Assembly: GCF_001677475.2 (NCBI RefSeq)
Contig: NZ_CP015229.1
Direction: 5' to 3' (one strand)
Source of the DNA: Escherichia coli
Lineage (GTDB): Bacteria > Pseudomonadota > Gammaproteobacteria > Enterobacterales > Enterobacteriaceae
Length of the DNA: 64,000 nucleotides
A model generated the notes under the pieces. It was not told the origin of the DNA and did not search any database. It was given only the letters and a program-made list of their open reading frames with translations. Shown here in pieces: positions 21,895 through 33,991 of the stretch (position 1 is its first letter; each line of letters opens with the position of its first letter). The position numbers and the translations under genes were made by a program.

Positions 21895-22794
21895 ATGGCA
21901 GAATTTCCCGCCAGCTTACTGATTCTTAATGGCAAAAGTACTGACAATTTACCATTGCGCGAAGCAATTATGCTTTTGCGTGAGGAAGGAATGACGATCC
22001 ATGTGCGGGTCACCTGGGAGAAAGGTGATGCCGCACGATTTGTAGAGGAGGCCCGGAAGTTGGGCGTCGCAACGGTGATTGCCGGTGGTGGCGATGGCAC
22101 CATTAATGAAGTTTCTACGGCGTTGATTCAGTGTGAGGGGGATGACATACCCGCGCTGGGAATTTTGCCATTAGGAACCGCCAATGATTTTGCCACCAGT
22201 GTAGGGATTCCTGAGGCACTGGATAAGGCACTGAAACTGGCAATTGCCGGTAACGCCATTGCAATAGATATGGCGCAGGTCAACAAACAAACCTGTTTTA
22301 TTAATATGGCGACAGGCGGGTTTGGGACGCGTATTACCACAGAAACGCCGGAAAAATTAAAAGCCGCGCTGGGTGGCGTCTCTTACATCATTCATGGCTT
22401 AATGCGTATGGATACTCTGCAACCGGACCGTTGTGAAATCCGCGGTGAAAACTTTCACTGGCAAGGTGACGCCCTGGTCATTGGTATTGGTAACGGGCGT
22501 CAGGCCGGTGGCGGTCAACAATTGTGCCCGAACGCGTTAATTAACGATGGCTTGCTGCAACTGCGCATTTTTACCGGCGATGAAATTCTTCCGGCTCTCG
22601 TATCAACCTTAAAATCTGACGAAGATAACCCGAATATTATCGAAGGCGCTTCGTCGTGGTTTGATATACAAGCCCCACACGAAATCACTTTTAATCTTGA
22701 TGGCGAACCGTTGAGTGGGCAAAACTTCCATATTGAAATACTTCCGGCGGCGTTACGTTGTCGATTACCACCAGATTGTCCATTATTGCGTTAA
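21895..22794 (+). CDS. yegS: Lipid kinase YegS (DAG-kinase catalytic domain family)
   Basis: 299-aa ORF with GGDGT motif ([13 protein letters not shown]). Confidence 0.85.
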   Translation: MAEFPASLLILNGKSTDNLPLREAIMLLREEGMTIHVRVTWEKGDAARFVEEARKLGVATVIAGGGDGTINEVSTALIQCEGDDIPALGILPLGTANDFATSVGIPEALDKALKLAIAGNAIAIDMAQVNKQTCFINMATGGFGTRITTETPEKLKAALGGVSYIIHGLMRMDTLQPDRCEIRGENFHWQGDALVIGIGNGRQAGGGQQLCPNALINDGLLQLRIFTGDEILPALVSTLKSDEDNPNIIEGASSWFDIQAPHEITFNLDGEPLSGQNFHIEILPAALRCRLPPDCPLLR

Positions 22795-22828
22795 TCAAAC
22801 TATTCTTTCTTGAACCAGGGAGAATCCG

Positions 22829-22863
22829 TAATGCCGGATGCGGTGTAAACACCTTATCCGGCA
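22829..22863. repeat. REP-like palindromic element
   Basis: gccggatgcggtgtaaacaccttatccggc palindrome between convergent yegS and gatR. Confidence 0.5.
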
Positions 22864-22875
22864 TACAGAACAATA

Positions 22876-23655
22876 CTACACCGTAATTAATTTTACCCGT
22901 GTCTTCTGCAATGCCAGTTTATCCACCTCTGACACAGCATCATCGGTAATAATAATGTCGATTTTTTCGATTGGCAGTACCTGATTAAAACCACGACGGT
23001 TAAATTTCGATGAATCGAGAACGGCAATCACTTTATTAGCGGCGGTGACCATCGCCCCGCTAATCGAATAACCTTCATTAAAGGTCGTAATACCATTAAC
23101 CGCATCAATACCATCAGCACCGACAAACATTAAATCGGCATTAATATCCTGCAATGAACGCTCGGCAATGGAACCATGCATCGAGCGCGTTTTATGGCGG
23201 ACGGTGCCACCACAGACGACCAGAGTAATGTCTTTATTTTCGGAAAGGGCAAACGCTGCCGGGAGACTATTGGTAATCACCGTGATATTTTTGGCGGTCA
23301 TTAATCCTTCAGCGATAAGCATCGTCGTACTTCCGCTGTCGAGAATAACGGTCATCCCTTCGTGGATCATTTTGACTGCCGCCTGCGCTATTCTGTTTTT
23401 TGGCGCGCTGGCGAGCTGAAATCGCTCTTTAAACCCGACTTCCTGGGTCTCGATTTCACTATTACCAGACATTATTTTCGCCGCACCGCCATGAAAGCGC
23501 GTAACCACGCCTTTTTGTTCGAGAAAGCGCAAATCGGCACGGATTGTCGCTTCCGAGGCAGCAAATACTCCCGCCAGATCCTGAACAAGCACGGTTCCCT
23601 GTTCATTCACTAATTGGATGATCTTATTCCTTCGCTCGAATGAATTCATCGTCAT
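22876..23655 (-). CDS. gatR: DeoR-family repressor of the galactitol operon (intact)
   Basis: 259-aa uninterrupted ORF with N-terminal HTH and C-terminal sugar-phosphate-binding domain; last gene of the gat cluster. Confidence 0.8.
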   Translation of the reverse strand: MTMNSFERRNKIIQLVNEQGTVLVQDLAGVFAASEATIRADLRFLEQKGVVTRFHGGAAKIMSGNSEIETQEVGFKERFQLASAPKNRIAQAAVKMIHEGMTVILDSGSTTMLIAEGLMTAKNITVITNSLPAAFALSENKDITLVVCGGTVRHKTRSMHGSIAERSLQDINADLMFVGADGIDAVNGITTFNEGYSISGAMVTAANKVIAVLDSSKFNRRGFNQVLPIEKIDIIITDDAVSEVDKLALQKTRVKLITV

Positions 23656-23754
23656 TTACCCATATTCAATTGTGGCTAGTGTAAACGAAGGGGGACCATT
23701 GGTGAATGATCTGTTTTGCACAATACCGGGCCAGCATCACGCTGGCCCGCGGTT

Positions 23755-24795
23755 TCAGGGAATGAGCAACACTTTGCCCGGCATAGCATTACGAGCGATG
23801 TCACGCACCGCCTGGGCGAAGCATTCAAAGCTTCCACTGTGAGCGATTAATGGCTCCAGGCTTAACTTACGCTCTGTCAGCAACCGGCTCGCCGTTTCCC
23901 ACTCCTGCCCCGGCCAAGGGCTGGAGTAGTTCATCCAACTGCCGATAACCGTCAGCTCTTTACGCAATATTTTGCCAAACGTTGCCGATGTTAAATGCAG
24001 ATCCTGATGCAATGTGCCCACCAGCGCCAGTTGGGCATGAGGACCGGCAATCTCTACCGCCAGTTCGACGGTTTGCGGGACGCCAGCCGTCTCGAGGATA
24101 AGCTGATTAAAGCGCAGCTCGCGTAAAACGCCCTGCATTTGCGGCGCGCTCATTTCGCTACTGTTAAATGTTTGCATCGCACCGAAAGATTTTGCCAGTG
24201 CCAGTTTTTCTGAGCTAATGTCGATAGCCGTCACACTCTTTGCTCCCAGCGCGACAGCGCACTGAATGGCCAGCAGGCCAATGGTTCCGGCACCAATAAT
24301 AATAACGTTTTTATTCTCACAACCTTGCGCTAAATGAAAAGCATGCAGGCCAACGGTAATCGGTTCAATAAAAGCCCCATCCTCAATAGGCATGTCCGCA
24401 GGTAGAGCAAAGACATTTTTCCGCTTAACGACAATATATTCGGCAAATCCACCATCACGCCGTGAGCCAATAAAATCATATTTTGCGCACTGGGAATAAA
24501 ACCCTTTCAGACACTCTGGACAAGTAAAACAGGGTAATAACGGTACACAGGCAACCGCATCGCCAGGGTGTAAATCATCAACACCGGATCCCACCGCATC
24601 AATATAGCCGCTAAATTCATGGCCTAACGTTATTGGATAATAATGTGCACCATTTTTAAATATCCTGGGTAAATCGGAACCACATAAGCCCGAGCTGGCA
24701 ATTTTTACCCGCACCTCATCCTGATGTTTAATTTCAGGAATGACGCTTTCTGCAACGCGCACGATACCATCAGTATCATTCACCACTGATTTCAT
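23755..24795 (-). CDS. gatD: Galactitol-1-phosphate 5-dehydrogenase (Zn-dependent ADH family)
   Basis: 346-aa ORF with GHEFSG zinc-ADH motif and GAGTIG Rossmann motif. Confidence 0.9.
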   Translation of the reverse strand: MKSVVNDTDGIVRVAESVIPEIKHQDEVRVKIASSGLCGSDLPRIFKNGAHYYPITLGHEFSGYIDAVGSGVDDLHPGDAVACVPLLPCFTCPECLKGFYSQCAKYDFIGSRRDGGFAEYIVVKRKNVFALPADMPIEDGAFIEPITVGLHAFHLAQGCENKNVIIIGAGTIGLLAIQCAVALGAKSVTAIDISSEKLALAKSFGAMQTFNSSEMSAPQMQGVLRELRFNQLILETAGVPQTVELAVEIAGPHAQLALVGTLHQDLHLTSATFGKILRKELTVIGSWMNYSSPWPGQEWETASRLLTERKLSLEPLIAHSGSFECFAQAVRDIARNAMPGKVLLIP

Positions 24796-24842
24796 AAAAA
24801 CTCCTGATTGTTAAGGGGGATAACCTCCCCCTCAGGTAAAAA

Positions 24843-26198
24843 TTATTCTGCGAGAACGGCTTTCTCTTGTTTAATAAAACCACGCGCTCTACGCCAGGTC
24901 ATGAAAATACCGGTCAGATAAATTGCGCCGATAATAATGAAACCGGGAATATTTTGCGGGGAGAAAACCTGAATCAGTAACCAGGTAATGGGAGAACCGC
25001 CCTGATCCATTGAAGCCACCATACCCCCGGCTTTTAACGCCCCAGCATTAGCCGCCAGTTGGGTGTGCAAACCAATAGTTTGCGTCGCGATCCACAGAGT
25101 GATGCTCATGATGATGACACCCGAGATTAAGGTGCGGAACAGATTTCCACGATGCACCGCGACCGCCATCGCCACGAAGAAGCCGATGGTGGCAAGGTCG
25201 CCAAACGGCAGCACCTGATTACCCGGCACACAAACAGCAATTAAAATGGTGAGTGGAATAAAAATCAGGCTTGCCGATACCACCGCCGTATGTCCCAGCA
25301 GCAACGCCGGATCAAGTCCAATCAGGAACTCCTGACCGCCGAACTTCGCCTGTAAACGGCTACGCGCCTGCTTAGCGATGGGCGTTAAACCATCCATGAT
25401 GGGTTTAATCACCCGCGGCATCAGCAGCATAACTGCCGCCGTTTTTACCGCCAGTTGCAATACACCTTTGACATCGTAACCCGCGAGGATGCCGATAATC
25501 AGCCCCATCACAAAACCCACGGTGACCGGTTCGCCAAAAGGACCAAATTTGCGCTGAATATCATCGGCGCTAAATTTAATTCGGTTAACGCCTGGAATTT
25601 TCTCGATGATAGCATCGACCAGCACCGCGATTGGCCCCATATACGCCGACGTACCGTGCGGAATGGCAATGCCTTCCAGCTCAAAGAAATTTCGGGTATC
25701 GCGGGCAAACCAGTCGCCGAGCTTATAAACAAACGCCGCGTGAATTACCACACCCACCATCCCTATCATCCATGAACCGGTTGCCAGATGCAGCAACGCG
25801 CCGGTGAAGGTCATATGCCAGATATTCCAGATATCAACATTTACCACCCGCGTCATACGGGTCAGTAACATCGCCACGTTAACCAGAATCGCAATCGGAA
25901 TCGCCACCAGCGCAATTTGCGACGCCCAGGTCATTGGTGAAGAGCCCGGCCAGCCGACATCGACCACATGCAGATTCAGGTCGAAATTTTCCGCCATCGC
26001 TTTCGCCGCAGGGCCAATGGAATCCAGCATTAAGCCAATCACAAGGCCAATGCCAACAAAGCCAATCCCGATATGCAGACCCGCTTTAAAGCAATCGCCT
26101 GCCTTCATGCCTAATATTTTAGAAAAAATAATGATGACAATCGGCAGCATCACCGTAGGGCCGAGGTCGAGAATATAACGCATGACTTCTGAAAACAT
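24843..26198 (-). CDS. gatC: Galactitol PTS EIIC component
   Basis: 451-aa polytopic membrane ORF within the gat operon. Confidence 0.9.
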   Translation of the reverse strand: MFSEVMRYILDLGPTVMLPIVIIIFSKILGMKAGDCFKAGLHIGIGFVGIGLVIGLMLDSIGPAAKAMAENFDLNLHVVDVGWPGSSPMTWASQIALVAIPIAILVNVAMLLTRMTRVVNVDIWNIWHMTFTGALLHLATGSWMIGMVGVVIHAAFVYKLGDWFARDTRNFFELEGIAIPHGTSAYMGPIAVLVDAIIEKIPGVNRIKFSADDIQRKFGPFGEPVTVGFVMGLIIGILAGYDVKGVLQLAVKTAAVMLLMPRVIKPIMDGLTPIAKQARSRLQAKFGGQEFLIGLDPALLLGHTAVVSASLIFIPLTILIAVCVPGNQVLPFGDLATIGFFVAMAVAVHRGNLFRTLISGVIIMSITLWIATQTIGLHTQLAANAGALKAGGMVASMDQGGSPITWLLIQVFSPQNIPGFIIIGAIYLTGIFMTWRRARGFIKQEKAVLAE

Positions 26199-26201
26199 AG
26201 G

Positions 26202-26486
26202 TCACCCCTGTAAGATAGTCAGAATTTTATTTTGTAATGCTTCGATACCGACACCAGAAACAAAAGGCATGCCGTGAACTAACGGAATATCGCCAAAACT
26301 ACGGTCAACTTTGGCGGTAGTACATATCAAATGCACGCCATCCATATAGGTCTCTATTTCATTAACCCGACACTGGATTAATTCAACAGGAATATTATGA
26401 CTCTGACACAACTCTTTAATTTCTTCCGCCGCCATCGTGGAGGTCGCAACCGCGCCTCCGCAAGCGACAATAATCTTGCGTTTCAT
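26202..26486 (-). CDS. gatB: Galactitol PTS EIIB component
   Basis: 94-aa ORF with active-site Cys motif [11 protein letters not shown]. Confidence 0.9.
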   Translation of the reverse strand: MKRKIIVACGGAVATSTMAAEEIKELCQSHNIPVELIQCRVNEIETYMDGVHLICTTAKVDRSFGDIPLVHGMPFVSGVGIEALQNKILTILQG

Positions 26487-26516
26487 AAATAGTCCTTTTT
26501 ATTGTTACAGAGGGAT

Positions 26517-26969
26517 TTATTCGTCTGAATCTAAAACATACTTTGTGAAGTATTCCTTTAACTGGGTTTCAGGAAGAGTGATTAGTGTCTCGACGATATC
26601 GGGCTGTTGTAACTTGCCAAATAAACAGCGTAAAAGTTTCAATTGCTGCTGCGGATTTTCCACAATTAACGCAATAACCAACGATACCGCCACGTCGTTA
26701 TCATCATCCGCTTGCTGAAAATGAACTTTATTTGTTGGCCTTAACAGATAAATGGCTGACGACTTAGCATGAATCGCCTCACAATGCGGTATTGCAATGG
26801 CGTGCTGCTCAAGCATTATCCCGGTAGGGAATTCTGCTTCTCTGGCAATTAATGCCTGTGGCCAGGTATCATGAACCACACCTTTCGCGAGCATCTCATT
26901 ACCAATATGGGTTAAAACTTCGCTACGATCGGCAAAAGAAATTCCGCTACGAACAAACAGGTTAGTCAT
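26517..26969 (-). CDS. gatA: Galactitol PTS EIIA component
   Basis: 150-aa ORF, position and size match gatA. Confidence 0.9.
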   Translation of the reverse strand: MTNLFVRSGISFADRSEVLTHIGNEMLAKGVVHDTWPQALIAREAEFPTGIMLEQHAIAIPHCEAIHAKSSAIYLLRPTNKVHFQQADDDNDVAVSLVIALIVENPQQQLKLLRCLFGKLQQPDIVETLITLPETQLKEYFTKYVLDSDE

Positions 26970-26978
26970 ATACCATCC

Positions 26979-28241
26979 TTATTCCGCACAGCCGTAGCAA
27001 TAGGCGCGCAAAACATCATAAATTTTATCCATAATCAGCTGATGCGGTATTGCTGATAATTCCCCGGACTGAATGCGTTCAAATTGTTTGGGAAGATACT
27101 GACTAATCATGCCCAGTGGGATGTCCACGCCTTGCAGATTCACCATCATCGTTTCAACGCTATTTTTAATCCGACTATGCGGCCAGTAATAACGAATACG
27201 ATCCGACAGGCTGTAACGAATATCCAGTAATGAATCGTTAAAACCCGTACGATAATATTTTTTCCAGTATTGCGGTTCGTCGAGCATCACTTCTTCAATT
27301 ACCGCCAGGCAACCGCTGCGATTTTCGGGGGCGATAAGTTCCTGCTCAATTTGTGCCAGCGCAAATATCGCCTCACGTAAAGCAAAGGTTAATGCTGGCC
27401 CTACTTTCAAAATTGCAAAGTGATCGCGGACTAATTCCCAATAAGCCGTCCGGGTCTGGTAATCGGTGGAATGTGCTTCATAAACCATTTTGCTGTTTTC
27501 TATCCATTGCGCCAGCGCCTGCGCTTCTTGCGGCTGATAATGGATAATATTGCTGTGATCAAATTCAACGCCAGGCTGTACCACTATCGCAATCACGCGC
27601 GTTAACGCCTCTGTCAGGCCACGGGCAATAAACGCTTTTTGATGTGTGCGTAAAGTATTGGCAGCATCTTCTACCTTTGTGATGTGCACCGACTGAATGG
27701 CGCTGGCCTCACCGCCCGGAACCGGAACTTCGGTGCCAATCACATAAGTCAGTTGTTCACGCTGGTCATCTGTCGCCACGCTTTCCGCAGCAAAGCAAAG
27801 TACAGCGGCACGTTCAGCTACCGTTTCTGGCGCTAACGGTACAGGATCACCCGCACAGGACATTGACGCATCAAGATGAATTTTACTGAAACCGGCACGA
27901 ACATATGCCTTTACCAGCTCGACGGATTTTTCCATCGCCGCATCCGCATTTTCTTGCTGCCAGCAGTTTGGCCCCAGATGATCACCGCCGAGAATAATGC
28001 GCTCGCGCGCAAACCCAACTCTATCGGCAATCGCAAAAACAAATTCGCGAAAATCTGCCGGTGTCATTCCGGTATAACCGCCAAATTGATTGACCTGGTT
28101 TGACGTTGCTTCAATCAGCACTTTGCGTGTGCTGTTGAGATCGAAAGCCAGCGCCGCTTCAATAACCAACGGATGCGCCGAACAGACTGAACAAATTCCG
28201 ATATGTTCACCGGCTTTATGCCGGGCAATTAACGTTTTCAT
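26979..28241 (-). CDS. gatZ: Tagatose-bisphosphate aldolase non-catalytic subunit
   Basis: 420-aa ORF between gatA and gatY. Confidence 0.9.
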   Translation of the reverse strand: MKTLIARHKAGEHIGICSVCSAHPLVIEAALAFDLNSTRKVLIEATSNQVNQFGGYTGMTPADFREFVFAIADRVGFARERIILGGDHLGPNCWQQENADAAMEKSVELVKAYVRAGFSKIHLDASMSCAGDPVPLAPETVAERAAVLCFAAESVATDDQREQLTYVIGTEVPVPGGEASAIQSVHITKVEDAANTLRTHQKAFIARGLTEALTRVIAIVVQPGVEFDHSNIIHYQPQEAQALAQWIENSKMVYEAHSTDYQTRTAYWELVRDHFAILKVGPALTFALREAIFALAQIEQELIAPENRSGCLAVIEEVMLDEPQYWKKYYRTGFNDSLLDIRYSLSDRIRYYWPHSRIKNSVETMMVNLQGVDIPLGMISQYLPKQFERIQSGELSAIPHQLIMDKIYDVLRAYCYGCAE

Positions 28242-28269
28242 GGTTTTTCCTTGTTAAATGGCAGATGCG

Positions 28270-29178
<909 letters not shown>

Positions 29179-29285
29179 TTAAATGTCGAGGTAACGATCA
29201 CAAAAACGACAATTCGAAAATTAATCAGAATGACAGGCAAAAAAACGGCCTCCCGATAGGGAAGCCGTAGCAAAGTGCGCGTGTT

Positions 29286-29432
<147 letters not shown>

Positions 29433-29441
29433 TAAAACGTA

Positions 29442-30494
29442 TCAGGCGATAGTAATTTTGCTATCAAGATAAACGTCCTGCACGGCGTTAATCAGTTTCA
29501 CGCCGTCGGCCATCGATTTCTTGAACGCTTTACGTCCGAGGATCAGCCCCATTCCGCCTGCGCGTTTGTTGATAACCGCAGTACGCACCGCATCGCTAAG
29601 GTCAGTTTCACCGCCCGCAGCACCACCGGAGTTAATCAACCCTGCGCGCCCCATATAGCAGTTAGCTAACTGATAACGCACCAGATCAATCGGGTTTTCG
29701 CTGGTCAGCTTGCTGTACACGCGATCGTCGGTGTAGCCGTAATTAATCGCTTTATAGCCACCGTTATTTTCCGCCATTTTCTGTTTGACGATGTCCGCGC
29801 CAATGGTCGCCGCCAGATGGTTCGCCTGACCGGTCAGGTCGGCGGAAACGTGGTAATCAACGCCCTCTTTCTTAAAGGCGGAATTACGCAAATAGGCCCA
29901 CAGCACGGTCACCATGCCCAGTTCATGCGCACGTTCAAAGGCCGCAGAAATTTCTTCAATCTGGCGACGTGACTCTTCCGAGCCAAAATAGATAGTCGCA
30001 CCAACCGCCACCGCGCCCATGTTGAACGCCTGCTCCACGCTGGCATACAGCGTTTGATCGTAGGTATTCGGGTAACTTAGCGTCTCGTTGTGATTAAGTT
30101 TGACGAGGAATGGAATGCGATGCGCGTAACGCCGCGATACCGACGCCAGCACGCCGTAAGTTGACGCCACACAGTTACAGCCCGCTTCGATCGCCAATTC
30201 AACAATGTTTTTCGGGTCAAAGTAGAGCGGGTTAGCGGCAAATGAAGCTCCGGCAGAGTGCTCAACGCCCTGGTCAACGGGCAGAATAGAAAGATATCCT
30301 GTGCCAGCCAGACGCCCGGTGTTGTACAACGTCTGCATATTACGTAACACCGCAGGCGGGCGATTATTGTCAATCATCACGCGGTCTACGTAGTCATGTC
30401 CGGGGAGATAAAGCTGGTCAGAAGGAATAGTCATACAACGGTGCTGTAAAAGGTTGTCGGCGTCTTTGCCAAGCAACTGCGCAATATCTGTCAT
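29442..30494 (-). CDS. fbaB: Fructose-bisphosphate aldolase class I
   Basis: Track ORF 29442..30566; ATG at 30494 gives 350 aa starting [16 protein letters not shown]. Confidence 0.85.
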   Translation of the reverse strand: MTDIAQLLGKDADNLLQHRCMTIPSDQLYLPGHDYVDRVMIDNNRPPAVLRNMQTLYNTGRLAGTGYLSILPVDQGVEHSAGASFAANPLYFDPKNIVELAIEAGCNCVASTYGVLASVSRRYAHRIPFLVKLNHNETLSYPNTYDQTLYASVEQAFNMGAVAVGATIYFGSEESRRQIEEISAAFERAHELGMVTVLWAYLRNSAFKKEGVDYHVSADLTGQANHLAATIGADIVKQKMAENNGGYKAINYGYTDDRVYSKLTSENPIDLVRYQLANCYMGRAGLINSGGAAGGETDLSDAVRTAVINKRAGGMGLILGRKAFKKSMADGVKLINAVQDVYLDSKITIA

Positions 30495-30750
30495 TACTAT
30501 GCTCCCGTAAATTCCGATTGGATATCGGCTATGGATTGTCCTGGCCCGCCTTTTGCGGGCAATCATAATCCTGGTCGTTACAGGCGAGTTTTTCCATCTT
30601 TTGGATGTTTTTTCAGCGTTTTCTGTTGGCTCGATTCATCAGAAAAAATGTTACCGCGGTCAAGTATTCACCGCAAAGGTATTTAAAAGGTATTATTAAA
30701 TGGTATTGTCATCGCGTACCTTACATTACCTGTCATGAAGGAATTAAAAG

Positions 30751-32028
30751 ATGAAAACAACAGCAAAGCTGTCGTTCATGATGTTTGTTGAATGGTTTAT
30801 CTGGGGCGCGTGGTTTGTGCCATTGTGGTTGTGGTTAAGTAAAAGCGGTTTTAGTGCCGGAGAAATTGGCTGGTCGTATGCCTGTACCGCCATTGCGGCG
30901 ATCCTGTCGCCAATTCTGGTTGGCTCCATCACTGACCGCTTTTTCTCGGCGCAGAAAGTGCTGGCGGTATTGATGTTCGCTGGTGCGGCGCTGATGTATT
31001 TCGCTGCGCAACAGACCACTTTTGCCGGGTTCTTCCCGTTACTGCTGGCCTACTCGCTAACCTATATGCCGACCATTGCGCTGACTAACAGCATCGCTTT
31101 TGCCAACGTGCCGGATGTGGAGCGTGATTTCCCACGCATTCGTGTGATGGGCACTATCGGCTGGATTGCCTCCGGTCTGGCATGTGGATTTTTGCCGCAA
31201 ATGCTGGGGTATGCCGATATCTCACCGACTAACATCCCGCTGCTGATTACCGCCGGAAGTTCTGCTCTGCTCGGTGTGTTTGCGTTTTTCCTGCCCGACA
31301 CGCCGCCAAAAAGCACCGGCAAAATGGACATTAAAGTCATGCTCGGCCTGGATGCGCTGATCCTGCTGCGCGATAAAAACTTCCTCGTCTTTTTCTTCTG
31401 TTCATTCTTGTTTGCGATGCCACTGGCGTTCTATTACATCTTTGCCAACGGTTATCTGACCGAAGTCGGCATGAAAAACGCCACCGGCTGGATGACGCTC
31501 GGCCAGTTCTCTGAAATCTTCTTTATGCTGGCATTGCCGTTTTTCACTAAACGCTTTGGTATCAAAAAGGTATTATTGCTTGGTCTGGTCACCGCTGCGA
31601 TCCGCTATGGCTTCTTTATTTACGGTAGTGCGGATGAATATTTCACCTACGCGTTACTGTTCCTCGGTATTTTGCTGCACGGCGTAAGTTACGATTTTTA
31701 CTATGTTACCGCTTACATCTATGTCGATAAAAAAGCCCCCGAGCATATGCGTACCGCTGCGCAGGGGCTGATCACGCTCTGCTGCCAGGGCTTCGGCAGT
31801 TTGCTCGGCTATCGTCTTGGCGGTGTGATGATGGAAAAGATGTTCGCTTATCCGGAACCGGTAAACGGACTGACTTTCAACTGGGCCGGGATGTGGACTT
31901 TTGGCGCGGTGATGATTGCCATTATCGCCGTGCTGTTCATGATTTTTTTCCGCGAATCCGACAACGAAATTACGGCTATCAAGGTCGATGATCGCGATAT
32001 TGCGTTGACACAAGGGGAAGTTAAATGA
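30751..32028 (+). CDS. yegT: Nucleoside:H+ symporter-family (NupG/XapB-like) transporter
   Basis: 425-aa polytopic membrane ORF; family recognised by sequence. Confidence 0.8.
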   Translation: MKTTAKLSFMMFVEWFIWGAWFVPLWLWLSKSGFSAGEIGWSYACTAIAAILSPILVGSITDRFFSAQKVLAVLMFAGAALMYFAAQQTTFAGFFPLLLAYSLTYMPTIALTNSIAFANVPDVERDFPRIRVMGTIGWIASGLACGFLPQMLGYADISPTNIPLLITAGSSALLGVFAFFLPDTPPKSTGKMDIKVMLGLDALILLRDKNFLVFFFCSFLFAMPLAFYYIFANGYLTEVGMKNATGWMTLGQFSEIFFMLALPFFTKRFGIKKVLLLGLVTAAIRYGFFIYGSADEYFTYALLFLGILLHGVSYDFYYVTAYIYVDKKAPEHMRTAAQGLITLCCQGFGSLLGYRLGGVMMEKMFAYPEPVNGLTFNWAGMWTFGAVMIAIIAVLFMIFFRESDNEITAIKVDDRDIALTQGEVK

Positions 32029-33029
32029 AAACAGAACGTATTCTCGGTGCTCTTTATGGGCAGGCGTTAGGGGATGCGATGGGGATGCCCTCCGAGCTTT
32101 GGCCACGCAGCCGCGTTAAAGCACACTTTGGCTGGATTGACCGTTTTCTGCCTGGACCAAAAGAGAATAACGCGGCCTGTTATTTTAACCGCGCCGAATT
32201 CACCGACGATACCTCGATGGCACTGTGTCTGGCGGATGCGTTACTGGAACGTGAAGGCAAGATCGATCCGAATCTGATTGGGCGTAATATTCTCGACTGG
32301 GCGCTGCGTTTCGACGCCTTTAACAAAAACGTACTAGGTCCGACCTCGAAGATTGCTCTCAACGCCATTCGCGACGGTAAACCCGTTGCTGAACTGGAAA
32401 ACAACGGCGTGACCAACGGCGCAGCGATGCGCGTCTCGCCATTAGGCTGTTTGCTTCCGGCGCGTGATGTTGATTCCTTTATTGATGATGTGGCGCTGGC
32501 GTCCAGCCCGACCCATAAATCCGATCTGGCAGTTGCAGGTGCGGTAGTCATCGCATGGGCGATTTCTCGTGCCATTGACGGAGAAAGCTGGTCAGCGATT
32601 GTTGATTCACTGCCTTCAATTGCGCGACATGCACAGCAAAAACGCATCACTACCTTCAGCGCATCACTGGCAGCACGTCTGGAGATTGCGCTGAAAATTG
32701 TGCGCAATGCCGACGGCACTGAATCCGCCAGCGAACAGCTTTACCAGGTCGTTGGCGCAGGTACCAGCACTATTGAGTCCGTTCCGTGCGCCATTGCGCT
32801 GGTTGAACTGGCACAAACCGACCCGAATCGCTGCGCCGTCCTGTGCGCTAACCTTGGCGGCGACACAGACACCATCGGTGCTATGGCGACGGCGATTTGC
32901 GGCGCGTTGCATGGCGTTAAGGCTATCGATCCTACGTTAAAGGCGGAACTGGATGCGGTAAATCAGCTTGATTTCAACCGCTATGCCACAGCGTTGGCGA
33001 AATATCGTCAACAACGGGAGGCGGTATGA
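32025..33029 (+). CDS. yegU: ADP-ribosylglycohydrolase-family protein
   Basis: 334-aa ORF overlapping yegT stop; N-terminal GALYGQALGDAMGMP and C-terminal GGDTDTIGAMA motifs typical of the ARH/DraG family. Confidence 0.75.
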   Translation: MKTERILGALYGQALGDAMGMPSELWPRSRVKAHFGWIDRFLPGPKENNAACYFNRAEFTDDTSMALCLADALLEREGKIDPNLIGRNILDWALRFDAFNKNVLGPTSKIALNAIRDGKPVAELENNGVTNGAAMRVSPLGCLLPARDVDSFIDDVALASSPTHKSDLAVAGAVVIAWAISRAIDGESWSAIVDSLPSIARHAQQKRITTFSASLAARLEIALKIVRNADGTESASEQLYQVVGAGTSTIESVPCAIALVELAQTDPNRCAVLCANLGGDTDTIGAMATAICGALHGVKAIDPTLKAELDAVNQLDFNRYATALAKYRQQREAV

Positions 33030-33991
33030 GCGGCGCTCGATTACACACGCTGCTGCCTGAATTAACCACGCGTCAGCCAGTTATGGTGATTGGCGCGGCG
33101 GTCATTGATGTGATCGCCGACGCTTATGCCCTCCCCTGGCGTGGGTGCGATATCGAACTGAAACAGCAGAGCGTTAACGTTGGCGGCTGCGCCCTGAATA
33201 TTGCCGTGGCGTTAAAACGCCTCGGCATCGAAGCGGGTAACGCCTTGCCGCTCGGTCAGGGCGTGTGGGCGGAGATTATTCGCAACCGGATGGCAAAAGA
33301 GGGCTTAATCAGCCTGATCGATAACGCCGAAGGTGATAACGGCTGGTGTCTGGCGCTGGTTGAGCCGGATGGCGAACGCACTTTTATGTCATTCAGCGGT
33401 GTGGAAAATCAGTGGAATCTCCAGTGGCTGGCGCGATTAACCGTTGCGCCTGGCAGCCTGCTCTATTTTTCCGGTTATCAACTGGCCTCGCCCTGCGGCG
33501 AATTGTTAGTGGAATGGCTGGAAGAGCTGCAAGACGTGACGCTGTTTATCGATTTTGGCCCACGTATTGGCGATATCCCGGATGCATTACTGGCGCGGCT
33601 CATGGCCTGTCGACCTTTAGTGTCACTTAATCGTCAGGAGGCTGAGATTGCCGCCGAACGTTTTGCTTTATCCGCAGAGATAACAACACTTGGCAAGCAA
33701 TGGCAGGAGAAATTTGCCGCGCCGTTGATCGTTCGTCTCGATAAAGAAGGCGCATGGTATTTCAGCAACGACGCTTCTGGCTGCATTCCGGCATTTCCAA
33801 CGCAAGTTGTAGACACCATTGGGGCGGGCGACAGTCATGCAGGTGGCGTACTTGCCGGGCTGGCCTCTGGTCTGCCACTGGCGGATGCCGTATTACTGGG
33901 CAATGCAGTGGCGTCGTGGGTTGTCGGGCATCGGGGCGGTGATTGTGCGCCAACGCGCGAGGAACTACTCCTCGCACACAAAAACGTATAG
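33026..33991 (+). CDS. yegV: PfkB-family sugar/nucleoside kinase
   Basis: 321-aa ORF overlapping yegU stop; DTIGAGDSHAGG motif near the C-terminus typical of ribokinase-family kinases. Confidence 0.75.
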   Translation: MSGARLHTLLPELTTRQPVMVIGAAVIDVIADAYALPWRGCDIELKQQSVNVGGCALNIAVALKRLGIEAGNALPLGQGVWAEIIRNRMAKEGLISLIDNAEGDNGWCLALVEPDGERTFMSFSGVENQWNLQWLARLTVAPGSLLYFSGYQLASPCGELLVEWLEELQDVTLFIDFGPRIGDIPDALLARLMACRPLVSLNRQEAEIAAERFALSAEITTLGKQWQEKFAAPLIVRLDKEGAWYFSNDASGCIPAFPTQVVDTIGAGDSHAGGVLAGLASGLPLADAVLLGNAVASWVVGHRGGDCAPTREELLLAHKNV

